Part shown: piece by piece, positions 63,397 through 64,000 of the stretch
Numbering within the stretch: the first letter of the stretch is position 1
Layout: every line of letters begins with the position of its first letter
From: a virus
Reading direction: 5' to 3' (one strand)
Virus record (IMG/VR): IMGVR_UViG_3300048694_000663
Span: 6,222 to 70,221 of that record
Length of the DNA: 64,000 nucleotides
Made by a program: the position numbers and the translations under genes
Notes under the pieces: generated by a model
What the model was told of the DNA's origin: nothing
The model's input: only the letters and a program-made list of their open reading frames with translations
The model's database searches: none

Positions 63397-64000
63397 TAGT
63401 TACCGAATCTCCTCCGTATCGCGCCTACTACTAACGTAGCGACTAGAATTTTCTTTGCCTTCTTTCGAGTAAGTGGAGACATATCGTTTCCAATATTCGC
63501 AAGTGCGGCATAGGCAGCCCCTACAGCTTGAATTGCTTCTCCAGCTCCTGGAATAACATCTAAAGCAGCAGGCAAAAATGTGCACTGCTCGATTGGATGC
63601 TCGTCGCCGTTGACATCAACGTGAACCTCTGTGCCATCATTTTTTGTGATGGTTTTGCACACATAGGTGAGCTCTACTGGGACAGCTACGTCTGGTGAGT
63701 TAAATGATGTTCCGCCAGGTTGCCCGATAAATGTTTCAGTTAAGGTTATCGCATCAGGTGGGATTGGGAGCCCTGAACCAGGAGGAGGTGGGGGTGGGGT
63801 TAATTTTCCATCTTCACCAATGACTTGAGGCTGTGTTTTTGTACCAAAAAATTCAATACCACCGTTTTCTACACCTGGTTTATCCACCTGGACACGAGGT
63901 ACTAAGTCCGATGGGTCAGGTAGCTTAGGTGTAACATCAGGCAATGAAGATGGGTTATTTTCAATAAGCCCAGGAATTGGAGATGGTGATGGTTCTGGTA
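63396..64000 (-). CDS. Pro-rich protein with C-terminal membrane anchor (5' part outside the window)
   Basis: Frame stays open upstream of 63944 to the window edge; PPPPPP tract; IGNDMSP..RKKAKKILVATLVVGAIRRR. Confidence 0.65.
   Translation of the reverse strand, partial: PEPSPSPIPGLIENNPSSLPDVTPKLPDPSDLVPRVQVDKPGVENGGIEFFGTKTQPQVIGEDGKLTPPPPPPGSGLPIPPDAITLTETFIGQPGGTSFNSPDVAVPVELTYVCKTITKNDGTEVHVDVNGDEHPIEQCTFLPAALDVIPGAGEAIQAVGAAYAALANIGNDMSPLTRKKAKKILVATLVVGAIRRRFGN

Larger units (their letters stand above)
1..64000. mobile_element. Segment of a myovirus-type bacteriophage genome, probable actinobacterial host
   Basis: Terminase, portal, capsid, sheath, tube, baseplate, endolysin and replication genes in dense co-oriented operons; whiB present; no host housekeeping genes or integrase. 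Confidence 0.96.

Noticed and set aside
1-64000. tRNA genes, integrase/att sites, introns, inteins or stop-codon reassignment
   Set aside because: No cloverleaf or such ORFs were seen; core genes are of normal length and uninterrupted in the standard code. This was by eye only; tRNAscan-SE and Infernal were not run.

Overview
This 64-kb window is part of a myovirus-type (contractile-tail) dsDNA phage genome. The host is inferred to be an actinobacterium, from a WhiB gene, an Rpf/SLT-like transglycosylase, a PASTA-like domain and leaderless genes. Almost every gene is on the minus strand. Read in transcription order (high to low coordinates), the modules are: (1) lysis/membrane genes; (2) a Cys-ladder virion tip protein followed by a hydroxylase, glycosyltransferase, NDP-sugar dehydratase, sulfotransferase and APS-kinase cassette; (3) the only plus-strand pair, SLT and whiB; (4) terminase, portal, scaffold and an N4-gp56-type capsid; (5) a neck protein and two giant collagen-like fibres; (6) tiny basic proteins; (7) sheath, tube, chaperone, tape measure and baseplate; (8) replication genes (initiator, DnaC-like loader, DnaB, primase, dNMP kinase, SNF2 helicase, SSB). 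I saw no tRNA, CRISPR array, integrase or reverse transcriptase. The best candidate for an undescribed system is a tip protein carrying a mirror-symmetric 18-Cys hairpin stalk, followed by an enzyme cassette that could modify it, together with a modular adaptor/tip scheme and a split-domain fibre-docking scheme. Several non-coding signals also stand out: an anti-SD sRNA candidate, a repeated late promoter motif, an RBS-sequestering hairpin and a +1 frameshift site. All functional calls come from recognising motifs by eye; no database search was run.
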